From an uncultured Hyphomicrobiales bacterium (GTDB lineage Bacteria > Bacteroidota > Ignavibacteria > Kapaibacteriales > UBA2268), in assembly GCA_964498585.1 (NCBI GenBank), contig CAZCHH010000005.1:5506-69505 (forward strand): DNA of 64,000 bases. The letters run 5' to 3'. Below are positions 63,015 to 64,000 of this stretch, in pieces (the first letter of the stretch is position 1; every line of letters begins with the position of its first letter). Under the pieces are notes generated by a model that did not search any database, was not told where the DNA came from, and worked only from the letters and a program-made list of their open reading frames with translations. The translations under genes were made by a program, and so were the position numbers.

Positions 63015-63563
63015 CTATTTTTTAATTTTTTTCCAAAATATTTCTCCATGATTTTCAAGGTAATTTGCAAAGCGGGCTGCAGTAAAAAGAAAATCAGAAA
63101 GTCGGTTTAAATAAATAAGTGCTTTTAAATTAACATGTTCTTCAGATGAAACTTTAACAGCTAATCTTTCAGCACGTCTACAAACCGTTCTTGCTTGGTG
63201 AAGAAAAGAAGCTGGAACCGTTCCACCGGGCAGAATAAAATTTTGTAATTTAGGCAACTGCTCTGAATATTCGTCAATAAGATTTTCTAAATAAGAAATA
63301 TCTTTATCTGAAATTCTTGTAATAATCTGAGAAGAATTCAAAGGAGTAGCAAAATCGGAGCCGAGAACAAACAAAGTATTTGAAATGTTTTTTAGAGCAG
63401 GAATAAGCTTTTGTGGTGGAGAAAGTGAAATAACTATTCCAATTATTGAATTCAATTCATCAATCGTGCCATAACAATCGACTCTAATAGAATACTTATG
63501 GACCCTCAAACCATTAAATAATCCAGTAGTTCCATCATCTCCAGTTTTTGTATAAATTTTCAT
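63015..63563 (-). CDS. ATP:cob(I)alamin adenosyltransferase (PduO type)
   Basis: KIYTKTGDDGTT, GTIDELNS, FILPGG, RTVCRRAER, YLNRLSD.LF..AR. Confidence 0.95.
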   Translation of the reverse strand: MKIYTKTGDDGTTGLFNGLRVHKYSIRVDCYGTIDELNSIIGIVISLSPPQKLIPALKNISNTLFVLGSDFATPLNSSQIITRISDKDISYLENLIDEYSEQLPKLQNFILPGGTVPASFLHQARTVCRRAERLAVKVSSEEHVNLKALIYLNRLSDFLFTAARFANYLENHGEIFWKKIKK

Positions 63564-63651
63564 TTTATAATATTAATGCTTATTTTTTTTGTAATTTGTT
63601 TTTTTTAAAATTACAAAAATTTTTTTTATTAATAAAAATAAGGATGAAAAA

Positions 63652-64000
63652 ATGAGTGTAAGTTTCACTAGCTCAATGAGGGAGAAAGCATCAAAATTGT
63701 GTCTGAAAGTTGCTTTCCCAGACGCTGAAGATGTACGGACTTTAAAAGCAGCAATCGTTTTAAAAAATGATGCTATTGCAAAACCCATATTAGTTGGAAC
63801 CGAAGCAAAAATTAGGGAATTAGCAAAAAAGGAAAATATCTCACTTGACGGAATTGCAATAGTCGAACCAGAAAAATCTGAGTATATTAAAAAATTTGCT
63901 AATATGCTTTACGAAAAGAGAAAAAGCAAAGGAATGACGGAAAGTGAAGCATTATCACACGTAAAAAGTCCTCTTTATTTTGCTGGCTTTATGCTCGAAA
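63652..64000 (+). CDS. pta: Phosphate acetyltransferase, 5' part (runs off the window; not in the ORF track)
   Basis: MSVSFTSSMREKA...VAFPDAEDVRTLKAA...PILVG...YEKRKSKGMT..EA......PLYFA. Confidence 0.85.
   Translation, partial: MSVSFTSSMREKASKLCLKVAFPDAEDVRTLKAAIVLKNDAIAKPILVGTEAKIRELAKKENISLDGIAIVEPEKSEYIKKFANMLYEKRKSKGMTESEALSHVKSPLYFAGFMLE

Overview
AT-rich chromosomal window from a Bacteroidota/Chlorobi/Ignavibacteria-group bacterium, inferred from T9SS C-terminal sorting domains, a DUF4835/PorD-like gene and TAnnTTTG promoters; possibly Ca. Kapabacteria-like. Housekeeping genes (nnr, pheT, aspS, addB-like, polyprenyl synthase, lat, pepT, ppdK, PGM/PMM, eno, trxA, thiolase, pduO-type, pta) are interleaved with accessory material: T9SS cargo genes, a Cys-rich exported protein, TPR proteins, an R-M-like pair, orphan antitoxins, pseudogenes and decayed ISL3 and IS1634 elements. 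I found no tRNA, rRNA or CRISPR array. Three unexplained structures stand out. (1) Three toxin-antitoxin operons, each preceded by a copy of the same ~46 bp hairpin, decay progressively from left to right like a cassette array (59075-60837). (2) In a repeat-scaffolded island (28090-36112), one T9SS cargo gene sits between 36 bp inverted repeats and two unrelated cargo genes share a repeat-built 5' leader. (3) About ten families of intergenic palindromes and MITEs are nested inside one another. All family assignments come from motif recognition by eye; no searches were run.
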